Source of the DNA: Epithemia pelagica
Lineage: Eukaryota > Protista > Bacillariophyta
Assembly: GCA_946965045.2 (NCBI GenBank)
Contig: OX337230.1
Coordinates: 2,480,001-2,544,000 of the forward strand
DNA length: 64,000 bases
Reading direction: 5' to 3'
The notes under the pieces are model-generated. The model saw only the letters and a program-made list of their open reading frames with translations. It searched no databases and had not been told where the DNA came from. The position numbers and the translations under genes were made by a program. Positions 11,653 through 23,070 of the stretch are shown one piece after another (position 1 is the stretch's first letter; every line of letters starts with the position of its first letter).

Positions 11653-14010
11653 TTACAAGGTTTCCAAGAGTTGCAATTGATACTTCCAGGGACAGGGTGC
11701 GTTTCGCAAAGTGTATTCGGGTGCCGAGTTCAACAAGGCATTCGGGTCTTGATACTCCGGCTGCAAGAAGTGCTTCATCCATCGCATGGCATTGTCTCGA
11801 AGAACCTCAAGACCTTGAAGTTCGGCCAATTGAACATGGGCCATCATCCATTCTTGTTCCAAAGACCGATCAACATTCACATCTTCGTCGTCTTCTGCTT
11901 GTTGTTGTTCCATGGTATGCTTTTGGAGGTTCAAGGACCGGACTAACTTGGTTTGTTCCTCGACAGTCGTTTTGTACACATCAAAGGCCATTTTACACAA
12001 TCGCAAAATACACATAATCTCTCGATATTGCAAGGCGTCCTTTTTCGTCGGAGGCGCATGAAAGGGGGAGGAGGACGAACCCAAATTGGTTCGCAACAGG
12101 CGGGTAGCCGTTTCGTTGTAGTCATGGTGTGTCATTGCGATTAACCGACACGTGGCCATGATGGGATTGGCATCCACCTTGACTTGAGAGGATACAAAGT
12201 GGGGAATTTTGGTCAGCGAAGAAGCAGAGACTGATGTGTGGTTCAAGGGAGGCGTTGCTCGGGGATTCCGTGGAGAGAGGAACATCATCCACCGTTTGGG
12301 AATTTTGGCAACTTGCATCAAATGCCGCAACTTTAGCTTCTTGAATTCAAAGGCCGTCTCCATTTCCGTAGGATCCACCGCAGTGCCTCCATCCTCCTTC
12401 TCATTGGTCACAGTCGTGGCTGGTGATTGAATACAAAAGTCGTATCCATCGTCATTGTGCAAATATTTGATCATGCGTTGGGCTTGGATTCGTTCCTCCC
12501 TGGTGGGGTCCACGTCGTCTGGATCCATGACATGCCAGGGCAATCCTCGGGAATAGACGGGATGAAACAGAGCCAAGGAGGCTTGAGAATGGTCACTCCC
12601 ATCGCCATTGACAAAGCCATATTTGGCCAACAAATGCGCTTCGGTATGTTTGCCATAACTGTCTCGTACCTCTTGACCGGTGGCCAGGGTGCGAATCGTG
12701 GAAACTCGAAACACTTGAGTTTGTGCGTCGTACTGGAACTCTACATTGGGATTGGCATGATGATTGTACAAATCCAAAATCGGCACCATGGAAAAGGATC
12801 CCTTGGACAAATCGACGCCTGACACTTGGCGGATCCATTCCAATTCGTCATTTTCCTCCTCTAGTGTTTCACTGGATGGATTCGTGTCCTGGTTGTTGGT
12901 TTGTAGCGTCGAGGCCAATGGCGGTCCCGTTCCAAAACTGCGGGTCCAGACATGAAGAAGTGCCGTGGCAAATTCTGTGTACGACACGTCTTGTTCAAAC
13001 CGCATGGAAACGCGCGTCAAGGCATGATAGCTATTGGTAATCAATTCTCGATGGTAATTCACCATATCGTACGTGGCCAAGGATACCTTGCGCAAGGCCA
13101 TGGCTTGTGTGTCATTCCAATAAATGGGATGAAAGGCGACATAATCCTCATGACGAGGCAACACGCGAGCCAAGTACTGTTTCATAAAGTCAGACATGGC
13201 CGGTTTCGTGGACGCTGCTGGGCTGTCCGAATAGCCCAAATCGTCAAAGTTTGGCTTCTTGTTCTTTTGGTTGGGAACCGATGGTGGGTGACCGTCCAGA
13301 CCTTGCTCGTCATGGTCATCGGAAGATGTCTCAATCTCCAGCTCCTGCGTGGCATAGTGAATGAGCCTCGCTAAATGGGCCGCCAAAAAAACATCGGCCG
13401 TCAAGGGAATGGGTTCAAAAGAGCCATCCGTGGGCACGAGTCGAGCATCCACCAATTCTTGTTGGACAAACGAATTGCGAAAGGCATCCAGGTCCCAAAT
13501 CAACTCGTGCCGGGGAAGGGTCAAAATCGTGGTGCGAGCAGGAATGGGCCGAAGGGCCGTTTGCCGACGATGCCCCGTCGTTTGCACATTGGCATGATAA
13601 TCCAACAAGGAGCGGTCCTCCGGGGACTCGCTGCCGCTGCTGCGGGCCAGTTGCACCAAGCGTTGCACGTGCGGATCCACAAAGTCGTCGTCCAGCAGAG
13701 TTGTCACTTGATTCCACACGAGGGATGCCGCCATGGCCACAAACAAGACCATCAACCCTTGCCAGGTGGTACGATCCAATCCCAACATGTACCATGGCCG
13801 TTTCATGGACAAGACTGGATCCTTTTTTGGTTTTCGACTCTTGTTTCCTTTCTGACTTGTCGTCGTTGTGCGCTTGGATTCATCATCATTCGCATCACCA
13901 GTGTTCTGGTGGCTGCTGTCGCGCTTGGTTTCGCCTTCCACCGCTTCCTTCTTGACGGATTTTCGGGAAGCGTTTCTTCGTTTACTCGTTGTGTTCTTGC
14001 TGCGTGTCAT
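11653..14010 (-). CDS. SET-domain lysine methyltransferase (SETD3/Rubisco-LSMT-like) with an N-terminal TM segment
   Basis: MVPILDLYNHHANPNV ... GQEVRDSYGKHTEAHLLAKYGFV is the SET NHS and post-SET signature; hydrophobic stretch GLMVLFVAMAASLVW. First ATG at 14010. Confidence 0.88.
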   Translation of the reverse strand: MTRSKNTTSKRRNASRKSVKKEAVEGETKRDSSHQNTGDANDDESKRTTTTSQKGNKSRKPKKDPVLSMKRPWYMLGLDRTTWQGLMVLFVAMAASLVWNQVTTLLDDDFVDPHVQRLVQLARSSGSESPEDRSLLDYHANVQTTGHRRQTALRPIPARTTILTLPRHELIWDLDAFRNSFVQQELVDARLVPTDGSFEPIPLTADVFLAAHLARLIHYATQELEIETSSDDHDEQGLDGHPPSVPNQKNKKPNFDDLGYSDSPAASTKPAMSDFMKQYLARVLPRHEDYVAFHPIYWNDTQAMALRKVSLATYDMVNYHRELITNSYHALTRVSMRFEQDVSYTEFATALLHVWTRSFGTGPPLASTLQTNNQDTNPSSETLEEENDELEWIRQVSGVDLSKGSFSMVPILDLYNHHANPNVEFQYDAQTQVFRVSTIRTLATGQEVRDSYGKHTEAHLLAKYGFVNGDGSDHSQASLALFHPVYSRGLPWHVMDPDDVDPTREERIQAQRMIKYLHNDDGYDFCIQSPATTVTNEKEDGGTAVDPTEMETAFEFKKLKLRHLMQVAKIPKRWMMFLSPRNPRATPPLNHTSVSASSLTKIPHFVSSQVKVDANPIMATCRLIAMTHHDYNETATRLLRTNLGSSSSPFHAPPTKKDALQYREIMCILRLCKMAFDVYKTTVEEQTKLVRSLNLQKHTMEQQQAEDDEDVNVDRSLEQEWMMAHVQLAELQGLEVLRDNAMRWMKHFLQPEYQDPNALLNSAPEYTLRNAPCPWKYQLQLLETL

Positions 14011-14287
14011 GACGTCTTCTTCTTCGTTTTCACTCAAGTTCCACTACGGCTCCAGTTTTGCCATTTGCCATAGTGCCCAAAAAGATTCTCCTTGTCTTGC
14101 ACGCGTGCACCGTCCGCTGTGACACAAAACGAGCAGTTTGGGCAATACAAAATAAAAACATATGCCCCGTGACTCATCCAGTCGCTGGAAAAGACTGGGA
14201 GTCGCACGTTCGTTCGTCGCAACCGTCTCATGTCGATCTCACGACGACGAGGACAATTGATGTAACAACGAAATCACAGTAGAAACA
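14011..14287. promoter_or_regulatory. Putative bidirectional promoter (SET gene / NDUFAF3)
   Basis: 277 bp between two divergent ATGs; inferred from gene geometry only. Confidence 0.5.
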
Positions 14288-14959
14288 ATGTTTGCTCGTT
14301 CCCTGTCGTCACGAAGACCCTCTTTCTTGTCTTCCTCTTCTTCCCTGGAAAATGTATGGAGGAGGAGGCAATCTTGGACCCATCACCACCACTGGCCCTT
14401 GCTATCATCATCCTCCAACTTGGAGGCAGATGGGCCTCCCTCGTGGAATATGATGGGTCATGCCAAACGATGGGCCGGAGGGTGGAATCAACGTGGATAT
14501 GACATTACGGAAGAATCCCTCTATTTTTCCTCGGGACGACCCAAGGTGGTGTTGGACGGCTATGGACCCACGGGATTCACCGTGTCCAACATTGTCAAAA
14601 ACATGGGGGAACACTCGAATAAGGATGGCAGCATCTTTTTCTTTGGGAGTATCATGGCCTTTCCCAATGGTTGTTTTCTGTGGAATGTGGAAACCGCCAA
14701 GGATATTACCATGGAATCCTTGACCCCCATTTTGTTGCATCGACCCAAGATTGATTTGCTCCTGATTGGCAGCAATTCCCGCATTCCCCACAAGCAATTG
14801 CATCAAATTATTGAAGACATGAGGGAACTGTATTCCATCTCGGTCGAACAAATGGAAGTCTTCAATGCCATTGGGACCTTTAATTTTTTGAATGCCGAAG
14901 ATCGAGAAGTTGCCGTGGTCCTCTTGCTCGATCCCAAAACCAAAATACGGTCGGAATGA
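14288..14959 (+). CDS. NDUFAF3: NADH dehydrogenase complex I assembly factor 3 (Mth938-like domain)
   Basis: LDGYGPTGF, GSIMAFP..FLWNV, PKIDLLLIGS, VEQM..FNAIGTFNFLNAEDREVAVVL; Arg/Ser-rich N-terminus resembling a mitochondrial presequence. Confidence 0.9.
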   Translation: MFARSLSSRRPSFLSSSSSLENVWRRRQSWTHHHHWPLLSSSSNLEADGPPSWNMMGHAKRWAGGWNQRGYDITEESLYFSSGRPKVVLDGYGPTGFTVSNIVKNMGEHSNKDGSIFFFGSIMAFPNGCFLWNVETAKDITMESLTPILLHRPKIDLLLIGSNSRIPHKQLHQIIEDMRELYSISVEQMEVFNAIGTFNFLNAEDREVAVVLLLDPKTKIRSE

Positions 14960-15147
14960 ATAAACGTCTTGTCGTCGTCTAAGTCGATGATTTGGTTTCT
15001 TCCAGAGAATTGTAGAATATATTGGACAGTCAATAGGAGAAGCCAAACCATTGCCCAAGATGGATACGAATAGGCTACCTATTAGCTGGCTGCCTGCCAT
15101 CCGTCATCTTTTGGACGGTCGCAGATCATCATCGTCGGTCGCGCTTT

Positions 15148-16692
15148 ATGTGCCCCAGCACCACACCGAACAGAGTCTCATTCATTCTACGGATAAGGTA
15201 TCCAACTGCATCCGCTATCATGGTTTGGGGATCATCTTCATCGTCCATGCGTTCCTGCAAAGGCTTGTTGGATCGTCTGGAACAAAGCACTACGTCTTCT
15301 CCAGCAGAAGCCCGCCTGGAAGAATTGGTCTTGTTGTCCACCAAACAAGTGACACGGTCGGATTGGCAACGATTGATACAGATTCTCCTGGGACAAGGAT
15401 CTCAACGAACCCTTCATACCTTACGAGCTTCTGGTCATGCCATTCCCAGTCCAGAGATTGCCTTGGAGCTGGGACGTGCGATTCATAAATCCAGTGAAAC
15501 TGTGCCGTGGAGATTGGTGGCCCTCGGCGACTGTCAGTTTGGCAGCCACAACAACGACAGCAAGACTACGAACTCACTGGATCAGTTCATGGCTGGATTG
15601 GATTCTCCTGCCGAGACATTACAACTTGCTTCCCTAGATTTAAGCTACAAGGGATTGTCTCGAACCAATTTGGAGTCCATTTTGGTGGTTCTGACGAAAT
15701 GTTTCCATCTCCAAGAAGTAGATCTTTCACGGAATCCCAATTTATGGACTCTTCCGGACAAAGCCAACGACAATATCAGCAACAATCCTACGACACGGGC
15801 TTGGTTTCCCCATGTTGAAACACTGAACTTGTCCTCCACAGCCATGACAGGGAATTGTGCTCAGAGCTTGTTGCAACAACTTTCTGGTTCTGGAAACTGT
15901 GTCACACTGACACTGGCCGAGAATCCAATTGGTCGTGAGCCGTTGGATGTACTTGGACGTTGTCCATGGTCCATTCAAGAGCTAAGTTTGGCCCATTGCC
16001 ATTTGACCGATGCCTCCTTTCCATGCCTACAGGCCACGACCGTGTTGTCCTTGAAACGTTTGGACGTGTCCCACAATCAATTGACAGCCGAGTCCATGAC
16101 AACCTTGGCGTCCTGGTTGGCCTCGGACCAGTCACGGAGCTTGGAGAACTTGAATCTGTCCTTCAATCCTCTCACCGCAGCAGGCGTCGAAACACTGGTC
16201 CGACAAGGGTTGGTTCCCCGTCAAGCCGCCTTTGGTAGTAGTAATAGTAGCAGTACAACCACTGACGGGGCCGCAGCGACGAGCTCTGCCTTGTCCGTGT
16301 TGGATCTCAGTCATACTCAATGCGGCGTGGATGGTGCCATTATGGCCATGGACAAGTCTCATGTAGCATCCTTACGCTTGTTTGACAATCAATTGGGTGA
16401 TGCAGGCTTTCATGCTCTCAAACCATATCTTTGGGAACAGGCCCATGAGACCCTGGAGACTCTGGATTTGGCAGGCAATGGGGCCTCACAAGAGGCCGTG
16501 GTGGGACTCCTTCAATCTCTGGTGGTAACGACAGACCACAACTCGAGTGACCATGAGAAATCGTTGTCAATGCGACTTCGAACGATCGTAGTTGGTGGCA
16601 ATGGTGGAGGACCCGAGTTGGAACGTGTGGTGCAACAGATTCAAAAAGCACATCCCAAGCTGGACGTAGCAAGGGACCGACCAAGAGCCTGA
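15148..16692 (+). CDS. RNI-like leucine-rich repeat protein
   Basis: Repeated LxxLxLxxN units (LASLDLSYK, LQEVDLSRN, LKRLDVSHN, LENLNLSFN, LETLDLAGN). Confidence 0.85.
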   Translation: MCPSTTPNRVSFILRIRYPTASAIMVWGSSSSSMRSCKGLLDRLEQSTTSSPAEARLEELVLLSTKQVTRSDWQRLIQILLGQGSQRTLHTLRASGHAIPSPEIALELGRAIHKSSETVPWRLVALGDCQFGSHNNDSKTTNSLDQFMAGLDSPAETLQLASLDLSYKGLSRTNLESILVVLTKCFHLQEVDLSRNPNLWTLPDKANDNISNNPTTRAWFPHVETLNLSSTAMTGNCAQSLLQQLSGSGNCVTLTLAENPIGREPLDVLGRCPWSIQELSLAHCHLTDASFPCLQATTVLSLKRLDVSHNQLTAESMTTLASWLASDQSRSLENLNLSFNPLTAAGVETLVRQGLVPRQAAFGSSNSSSTTTDGAAATSSALSVLDLSHTQCGVDGAIMAMDKSHVASLRLFDNQLGDAGFHALKPYLWEQAHETLETLDLAGNGASQEAVVGLLQSLVVTTDHNSSDHEKSLSMRLRTIVVGGNGGGPELERVVQQIQKAHPKLDVARDRPRA

Positions 16693-16939
16693 AAAGCGAA
16701 CGACAGGAAGGTTCACAAGTACCTTTACTATGGAGCTCACAAGTTGTGGTTCATGTTCTACAATATTCTTGCCAAACTCATCAATCCGTCTGATAAGTGA
16801 GAAGTTGACCACCCATAATGCAAGCATTGGAGGACTGTTGTCACGAGAATAACATACTTAGCCCCTATTGCAGCGGCTCCTACCATGCCCGTTGCTAGCT
16901 GGATAAGGCTTGATCATGGCTTGCTTTTTCAGTTACTCT

Positions 16940-19546
16940 TTACTCATTGTCATCATCTGACCAATCCACGCCTTCCTGGACATCGTCCTCTTGTTCCAAA
17001 ACATTTGGATCCTCCTTGGCCTTGTGATTTTGAGCCGGCCGGATGGTGCTCTCGACCTGCTTTTTCGATTTCTTCTTTTTCTTTGCCTGTTTCGTCTCGT
17101 TTTCCTCCGACACTTTGTCATCAGGTTCAGAGCGAGTCTCTTTGGTGGACTCTTGCTTCTTCCCAGTTGGGGTTGGCCCTCCAATCCGCTTGGCTTCCTT
17201 TTCAATCGCTGCCTTGTGACGTTCTCCCATGGAAGGAACGTTCACTGGACGCAAGCACTCCAGGCGGGTCACATCCTTGGGAGCTTGTTGAAGTTTGGAT
17301 CGCTTTTCCACGGCATTCGACGTGTGTTTTTCACAGAGATCCAAAATACCATCGGCAAATTTACGCCATCGCGGTTGTCGAATGGCACGACGAAAGGCAT
17401 TCATTCGACGACGGATCCATGTACTAAACTCGGGAAACCCAGCACTATATGCATACAAATCCACCTCTCGTTCCAACAAGACAAATATGTCGACAATGGC
17501 GGCTTCTTGTTGTTCATGTGTTCGCAAAGAGTCGTCTTTGGGAAGCTTGAGAATATGTAATAAATTCAACCCAGCTGTGGTACTCTTTTTATTGGTTTTC
17601 TTTGGCTTTTGATACCACTCTTTCCAGTCCAGACAGTCCAGCAACAAGGACGTTGTTGGTAAAAACATTTCCGTGGAAGCTGCTAGTTGTTGCAAAAGTC
17701 GGACACAGTGTAGGCGAAAGGGGAGGAAACGAACATTGGAGGGAGCCAATCTTGCCACACCAAAAATAATTTCCGATAATGGGTAAATGAGGGATCGCAT
17801 TGTAGTACCATCCTCTTCGGAAACGATACCCGAAAGGACCGAAACCCACAATTTAAGACAGTTCATGAACTGCCACCGGAACAACTGTTGCATGGCATCT
17901 TGTGATGTTTTATGAAGAGCGGATCGAAGCTGCAAGGCCAGTTGTCGAATATAAACAAAGGCATGTTGATAGGACGAATGAAGATCCAAGCTGTACATTT
18001 CTACCACCGAATTTCCCATGAACGTTAACGTTGATAGAACTTCAACGGTTGGTGTCGAGCTCCCCAGCTTGGCGCGACGAGCATAGGCCAAATAAACTTT
18101 GCGTAAACATGTTTCAATGAATGGAAATGGTTGAGTTTTGGCCATTTGTCGAATCCGGAAAAAGGCATTCATTCGAACCACTTGAAAGTCCTCCGATGAG
18201 TCCAGGGGTGAACTCCATTTCTCGACTAGATTTCGAAGCATGGATTCCGCCAGTCGAGGAAAGGGGGACAAGAATGCCATGTATTTGGACAGAGCTTTGA
18301 GCACAAAGGTAAGCAATTCAGGTTCTTTTGCTTCGGTCATGAGGTGGAGCGTCGACGAAAAGAAGGATTTCATAACACGGCTGACATCCTGCCATCGTTC
18401 CGCATTTTCCATTTTGTGTGGACTTAGTGGTTGGTTTTCCTCCAAATCGTCTTCTTCCTTTTCATCTTCTTCCTCCATATCTTCCTTGTCTCCGTCTCCT
18501 TTCGGAAACAAATGATGCCGAAAAATTTCATGAAAGTTGTTGAGACAGGTAACCATGAGTGCATCATAGACCTTTGAAGAGTCAATAACATAGTGAATGC
18601 CACTTTCTCCCGCACGACTGCCTTTATCTTCGGAAGTGTCGGCCAAGTGACACGCACACCGGTAGGCTGTCACCAAACGTTTGAGACTCTTGATTCCATG
18701 TCGTTCAAACACACTTGCTTTCAGATTACGGAGCTCCTCCATTGTCAAGTGCACCGTGGCAGGAGCCCCTGCGGATTTTTCGACAGTTTCTTCATCCTCG
18801 TCGTCCATTCCTTCTTCGTCGTCTTTTCCAAACTCCAAGAGAGAGTTCTCATTCTCTTGAAGAAATTCATGGAATTCAGGATCAGACTTGTTTAACTTTG
18901 CCATTTGATCCTTCAGCCGTTGTTCTGCGACCTCAATGTCATCGTCGTCACTGTCACTGTCATCGTCGCTTCCGCTGGAATCTTTTTCGTTTGAGGATTT
19001 TGGCTGGCCCTTTGTCTTTGATACCGGTGGATTGGACTTCTCGACAGTTTTCTTTTTGCGGTCCTTTGGCGAATCTTTGTGTCGAGTTTTCTCCGCCTTT
19101 TCTTCGTCTTCTTCTTTCATGTCTTCGTTACTTGAAGCTTCAATGTCTTTATCGCTGTCGCCCTTGGTTTTGTCTCCTTTGCCAGATTCTTCTATTTCCT
19201 CTTCCTCTTCTTCTTCTTCTTCTTCTTCGTCGTCGTCCTCCATTTCTGCAAGATGGGTCGGATCGGCACTTCCCAGTGCCTCAGAGGCCTGCGTAAAGAA
19301 ATCGTCCAGATCTAAACCAGCAAGACTTTTGGGGTTGGGGGCTGCAAAATCATTGGCAAACCGTTGGTTGGACGTTGACTCCTCCGTTTCGTGAGGGTCT
19401 CGAGGTTTGGTGTTGGGTCCATGATTGTGGTCGGTTCGTTTCCGTTTGCGAATCTTTCCTTTTTTCGAAATGGTTCCCTTTTCGAGACGACCCTTGACGC
19501 CTCCCGTCGACTGAAACTTCCTTTGCCGTTTGCCTACTTTGCCCAT
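16940..19546 (-). CDS. NOC2: Nucleolar complex protein 2 homolog
   Basis: DPEFHEFLQENENSLLEF, YQHAFVYIRQLALQLR, WQFMNCLKLW, LIYPLSEII, FLPFRLHCVRLL; acidic/basic N-terminus including a (GAA)n poly-Glu tract near 19200-19230. Confidence 0.93.
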   Translation of the reverse strand: MGKVGKRQRKFQSTGGVKGRLEKGTISKKGKIRKRKRTDHNHGPNTKPRDPHETEESTSNQRFANDFAAPNPKSLAGLDLDDFFTQASEALGSADPTHLAEMEDDDEEEEEEEEEEEIEESGKGDKTKGDSDKDIEASSNEDMKEEDEEKAEKTRHKDSPKDRKKKTVEKSNPPVSKTKGQPKSSNEKDSSGSDDDSDSDDDDIEVAEQRLKDQMAKLNKSDPEFHEFLQENENSLLEFGKDDEEGMDDEDEETVEKSAGAPATVHLTMEELRNLKASVFERHGIKSLKRLVTAYRCACHLADTSEDKGSRAGESGIHYVIDSSKVYDALMVTCLNNFHEIFRHHLFPKGDGDKEDMEEEDEKEEDDLEENQPLSPHKMENAERWQDVSRVMKSFFSSTLHLMTEAKEPELLTFVLKALSKYMAFLSPFPRLAESMLRNLVEKWSSPLDSSEDFQVVRMNAFFRIRQMAKTQPFPFIETCLRKVYLAYARRAKLGSSTPTVEVLSTLTFMGNSVVEMYSLDLHSSYQHAFVYIRQLALQLRSALHKTSQDAMQQLFRWQFMNCLKLWVSVLSGIVSEEDGTTMRSLIYPLSEIIFGVARLAPSNVRFLPFRLHCVRLLQQLAASTEMFLPTTSLLLDCLDWKEWYQKPKKTNKKSTTAGLNLLHILKLPKDDSLRTHEQQEAAIVDIFVLLEREVDLYAYSAGFPEFSTWIRRRMNAFRRAIRQPRWRKFADGILDLCEKHTSNAVEKRSKLQQAPKDVTRLECLRPVNVPSMGERHKAAIEKEAKRIGGPTPTGKKQESTKETRSEPDDKVSEENETKQAKKKKKSKKQVESTIRPAQNHKAKEDPNVLEQEDDVQEGVDWSDDDNE

Positions 19547-19859
19547 GGTTTTGTCGACACGAGGTGATCCTTACAAGGAGTGCGATGCAATAGGATCTTT
19601 CTGTGAAGCGTGTACATCGTTTGGTTGGAGGTTGGAGACCGGAACGGAAGCGACGTACAGACGCCTGCTGCCATCAGGGAATGGTCGCAGAAGAGTCGTC
19701 GCTAATTGCCACCGCAGAACTTCGCTTCGATCGAAGTCTTTCATCGTTGCATTGTATCTAGGAGTAGGTAGTTGTGATTGTTGAAACGTTGTTGGTGTTT
19801 GCCCCATCGACCTCCCGAATCGATCAAATCAAACGCAGTGTATTGAAAAGGGACAGAAA

Positions 19860-20198
19860 ATGGGACAAGGACAATCCGCACCGATACCTGTAAGAGCTTC
19901 GCCGTAACTCGAGTTGTGTTGGAGTTGGTAGTCGTTCGGCGATCTACCCGTCGACGGCATGGCACGTTGTTCTCACTCAGATTCATCATATTATGGAATA
20001 CTCTTGACTGTTTTACAGGAGAAACCCAAGCAAAAGTTGGGCATCAAAACCGGCAAACCTATATGCTGTTGTTGTCCAGATACAAAGAAACCACGCGATG
20101 AATGCATTGTCATGAAAGGGGAAGAACACCCCGATTGTATAAAGTTGATTGAAGCCCACAAAATGTGTTTGCGCGAGGAAGGGTTTGACGTCAAGTGA
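19860..20198 (+). CDS. COX17: Cytochrome c oxidase copper chaperone; predicted exons 19860-19889 and 20019-20198
   Basis: KPICCCCPDTKKPRDECI...CIKLIEAHKMCLREEGF (twin CX9C). A phase-0 GTAAGA...TTACAG intron (19890-20018) joins ATG 19860 in frame. Confidence 0.9.
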
Positions 20199-20484
20199 TG
20201 GAACTATCCTAACTGGTTTATAAAGAACACGCTTTGCTACAACGGAACCTTCCCAAACTCGTCAGAAAGCGATTTACCATGTGATAGCTTTCCACGACGA
20301 CAGAGTCGAATGCGTCGTCGATTGGCATGACAGTCTACCGTTACCGTCGTCTCAATTCTCAATGCTCAAAGTTTTCTGAACATACTGCGTAGATCCGTAG
20401 TTGAGAATTCCGTCAACCATAGATCGATCGGACATGCCAGTCCTGTCATTGTCTAAAGGTTTTCGATGACAGTTGTGTCAATTT

Positions 20485-21261
20485 TCAAACCTCCTCTGCT
20501 TGTGTGTTGTCATTGTTTGCTGCTGCAATGGCTGGAAGGCCTGGAGGCGGTGCCACTTGCGCCTTTTTAAATTCCATCAACACGGGATGAAGTTTGGTGA
20601 GAGCGGCACTCAAATCAGATTCCTTCTTGGCACCGGTAATGACAATTTTGCCCGACACAAAAATCAAAAAGACCACTCGGGGACTGACCAGTCGGTAGAT
20701 TAATCCGGGAAACAATTCCGGTTCGTAGGAGGCAAAGGCGGAATGGGCATACACCAGACCTTCCAGACGCACAGGGAAGCCCATATCGGCCGTTCCCACA
20801 ATGTTTTGTACTTTAAAATCCACAAATTCATTGGGTTTGAATCCGACTCGTTCAATTATATAAGCGAATTTCTTGGCGGCCAGATTGGCATTGTGTGTAC
20901 TCTTGACACCGGTTACCACCATTTTCCCACTGGCGAAAATGAGCGCCGTGGCCCGTGGTTCGCGCAATCGCATAATGACGGCCGCAAATCGACGGGGATT
21001 GTATTCGGTATTTCGACATTTTAGAGCAATCTTTTTCAAATCTAAGCGAATTCCCAAATTGGCTGTACTGGAAATATTTTGGATCCGTATCAACAGTTTC
21101 TTGTCACCACCCAAGCCGTCCGATGCTTCCACGACAGAACCCGCCAAAGAAGGGGCATGCTGGGAAGGTCCAGCGGCGGCGGCGGCCGCTGCTGCTGTCG
21201 TGAGAGCAGCGGATGTCGAGGATGCTCGAGTATCAGACTGAGAGTCTCCCAGTGATGCCAT
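20485..21261 (-). CDS. TBP: TATA-box binding protein
   Basis: Two TBP repeats: [32 protein letters not shown] and [32 protein letters not shown]. Confidence 0.97.
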   Translation of the reverse strand: MASLGDSQSDTRASSTSAALTTAAAAAAAAGPSQHAPSLAGSVVEASDGLGGDKKLLIRIQNISSTANLGIRLDLKKIALKCRNTEYNPRRFAAVIMRLREPRATALIFASGKMVVTGVKSTHNANLAAKKFAYIIERVGFKPNEFVDFKVQNIVGTADMGFPVRLEGLVYAHSAFASYEPELFPGLIYRLVSPRVVFLIFVSGKIVITGAKKESDLSAALTKLHPVLMEFKKAQVAPPPGLPAIAAANNDNTQAEEV

Positions 21262-21515
21262 GGCCCAAATATAGGAATATAGATGTCTAACAGTCGTCTC
21301 TGTTTGTTGTCGGATCTGTGGACGCCGCTCCGTCCCTCCAGTCGCTCTTATTATACGCTTTTAGGTCGCTTCGGAAGCATTGAAGTTTTCGATTTCCGAT
21401 CGTCACTTTTTTTCTTCATCTCAGTTTTCGAGATGGTAAACGACGAAACGACGGCGTTCTAGTGTGCAAACCCTGTTCCAACAAGCCCTCGCAACTTGAC
21501 TTTCCATTAGCCAAT

Positions 21516-22558
21516 ATGGGAAGACGCATTTCTCTTATACGACCACCAATTCTTCATCTGGCATTGCTCTTGTCTGGCTCGGCAGCATTTCATGCCAATC
21601 ATTGTCCATTTTACGGAACAAAGCCCTTGCTGTTGGATTCGACGGGGACCTGGAGACGTTCCATCGAATCGATCGGTGATGATTCCCACAATGGTGCCAG
21701 ACTGTGTTTATCAGAGGATGGACGACTGCTCCACAAATTCCATCCACAAAAGAGAAGTGTTCGCCTCGACGGTTCGGTGGTTTCGACACACGACAACACG
21801 ACCCACCGAGAGCCTCCCGTTCCAACCACATTGAGGGAAGCACTGAATGTCTTCTTTTTGGATCAATACAATGGGCCTCGATTGATTGTGGCCATATTGT
21901 GTGGTCTTGCAACCTGCCGAACATTCATGAGTGAGGTCCCTGTCACGACCATGGATGCTGTCGTGGCATCCTTGGCCATTGTATTTTGGTGGTTTCAAGA
22001 ACATTTTCTACACAAATACCTTCTTCACTCCAAGTTGGATTGGTATGGCAAGGAGATCCATGAAGGCCATCATTCGAAACCCTATTTTCACATCTCAATC
22101 GATCCTGGTAGGTGTCGGCCAAATGGCGCGTCCATCCAAATTATCGTTGTGACAATGGATGATGCAACGACGGTCTGCATGAATGGATTATTAAGACGAC
22201 AATCTCACGCCATTGTTTCATATTGACAGCTGGTCTTATGTTTGGTTGGCTGTTTGCTGTTTTGATGGGGTTGCAAACGCTGTTGCCACTCCCATTGGCG
22301 TTGAGTGCCACTCTTGGCTACGCCCTCGCCGGTCTTTGGTATGAATTTCTTCATTTCATTGTTCATACCAAGGTCCGATTTCAACCTCACTCGTACTTGC
22401 AGAAAATGAAACTTCACCACAAGAAGCATCACCTGATAGACAAGGAAAATTGGCTGGGGTTTTCGGTTCCTGCGGTCGACACATTGTTTGGAACAAACCC
22501 AACAACCATGTCGAAACAGTGCAAAACGGCCACGACACTTGCACAAGCCGACACGTGA
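21516..22558 (+). CDS. Fatty acid hydroxylase superfamily di-iron enzyme (FA2H/Scs7-like), probably plastid-targeted; intron 22108-22229
   Basis: Four His boxes: EHFLHKYLLH, HEGHH, YEFLHFIVH and HHKKHH. The GTAGG...TGACAG intron restores frame (DP-A-GLM). N-terminal LHLALLLSGSAA-F resembles a bipartite presequence. Confidence 0.85.
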
Positions 22559-23070
22559 CAATCAGCATGAAGATTGTATCAGAGGAGAAAACACTTTCTT
22601 GTTGGTCAGTTGTGAAGGGTTGTTTCAAAACATTGAGTGAGAGGTTGACTGCCTAGGAATTTTTGTCATCACATTTTGACTGGGAACGGCCACAGTCTCG
22701 AAACCACTACGATATCGCTTCTACTGAACACGAATAGTCTCCAATACATTCAGAGAATCGACAATACATTCAGAGAGTCGACACATATTGGGATGCGGAA
22801 CATGCTCCACCATTCCTACACAAACGTGTCTTCATTCATGAGGAAGAATGACAGCTCTGACTTGTCGTTTGGAGGAACGAGTCCCTCCTTTGAAAACCAC
22901 CGATGGACCAGTTCTTATGCTACGTTTTTGCTCTCTCGGTCGATTGGATTGTGTCAAGAGGATCAACAAGTGAATAAGAAATCATGGAATCATTGCCTTT
23001 TCCCGGCTTGTATCTAACAGTTCTTTATCTAAACTCTGTCCTGATGTGTGATTGCATAATGATATAGCTA

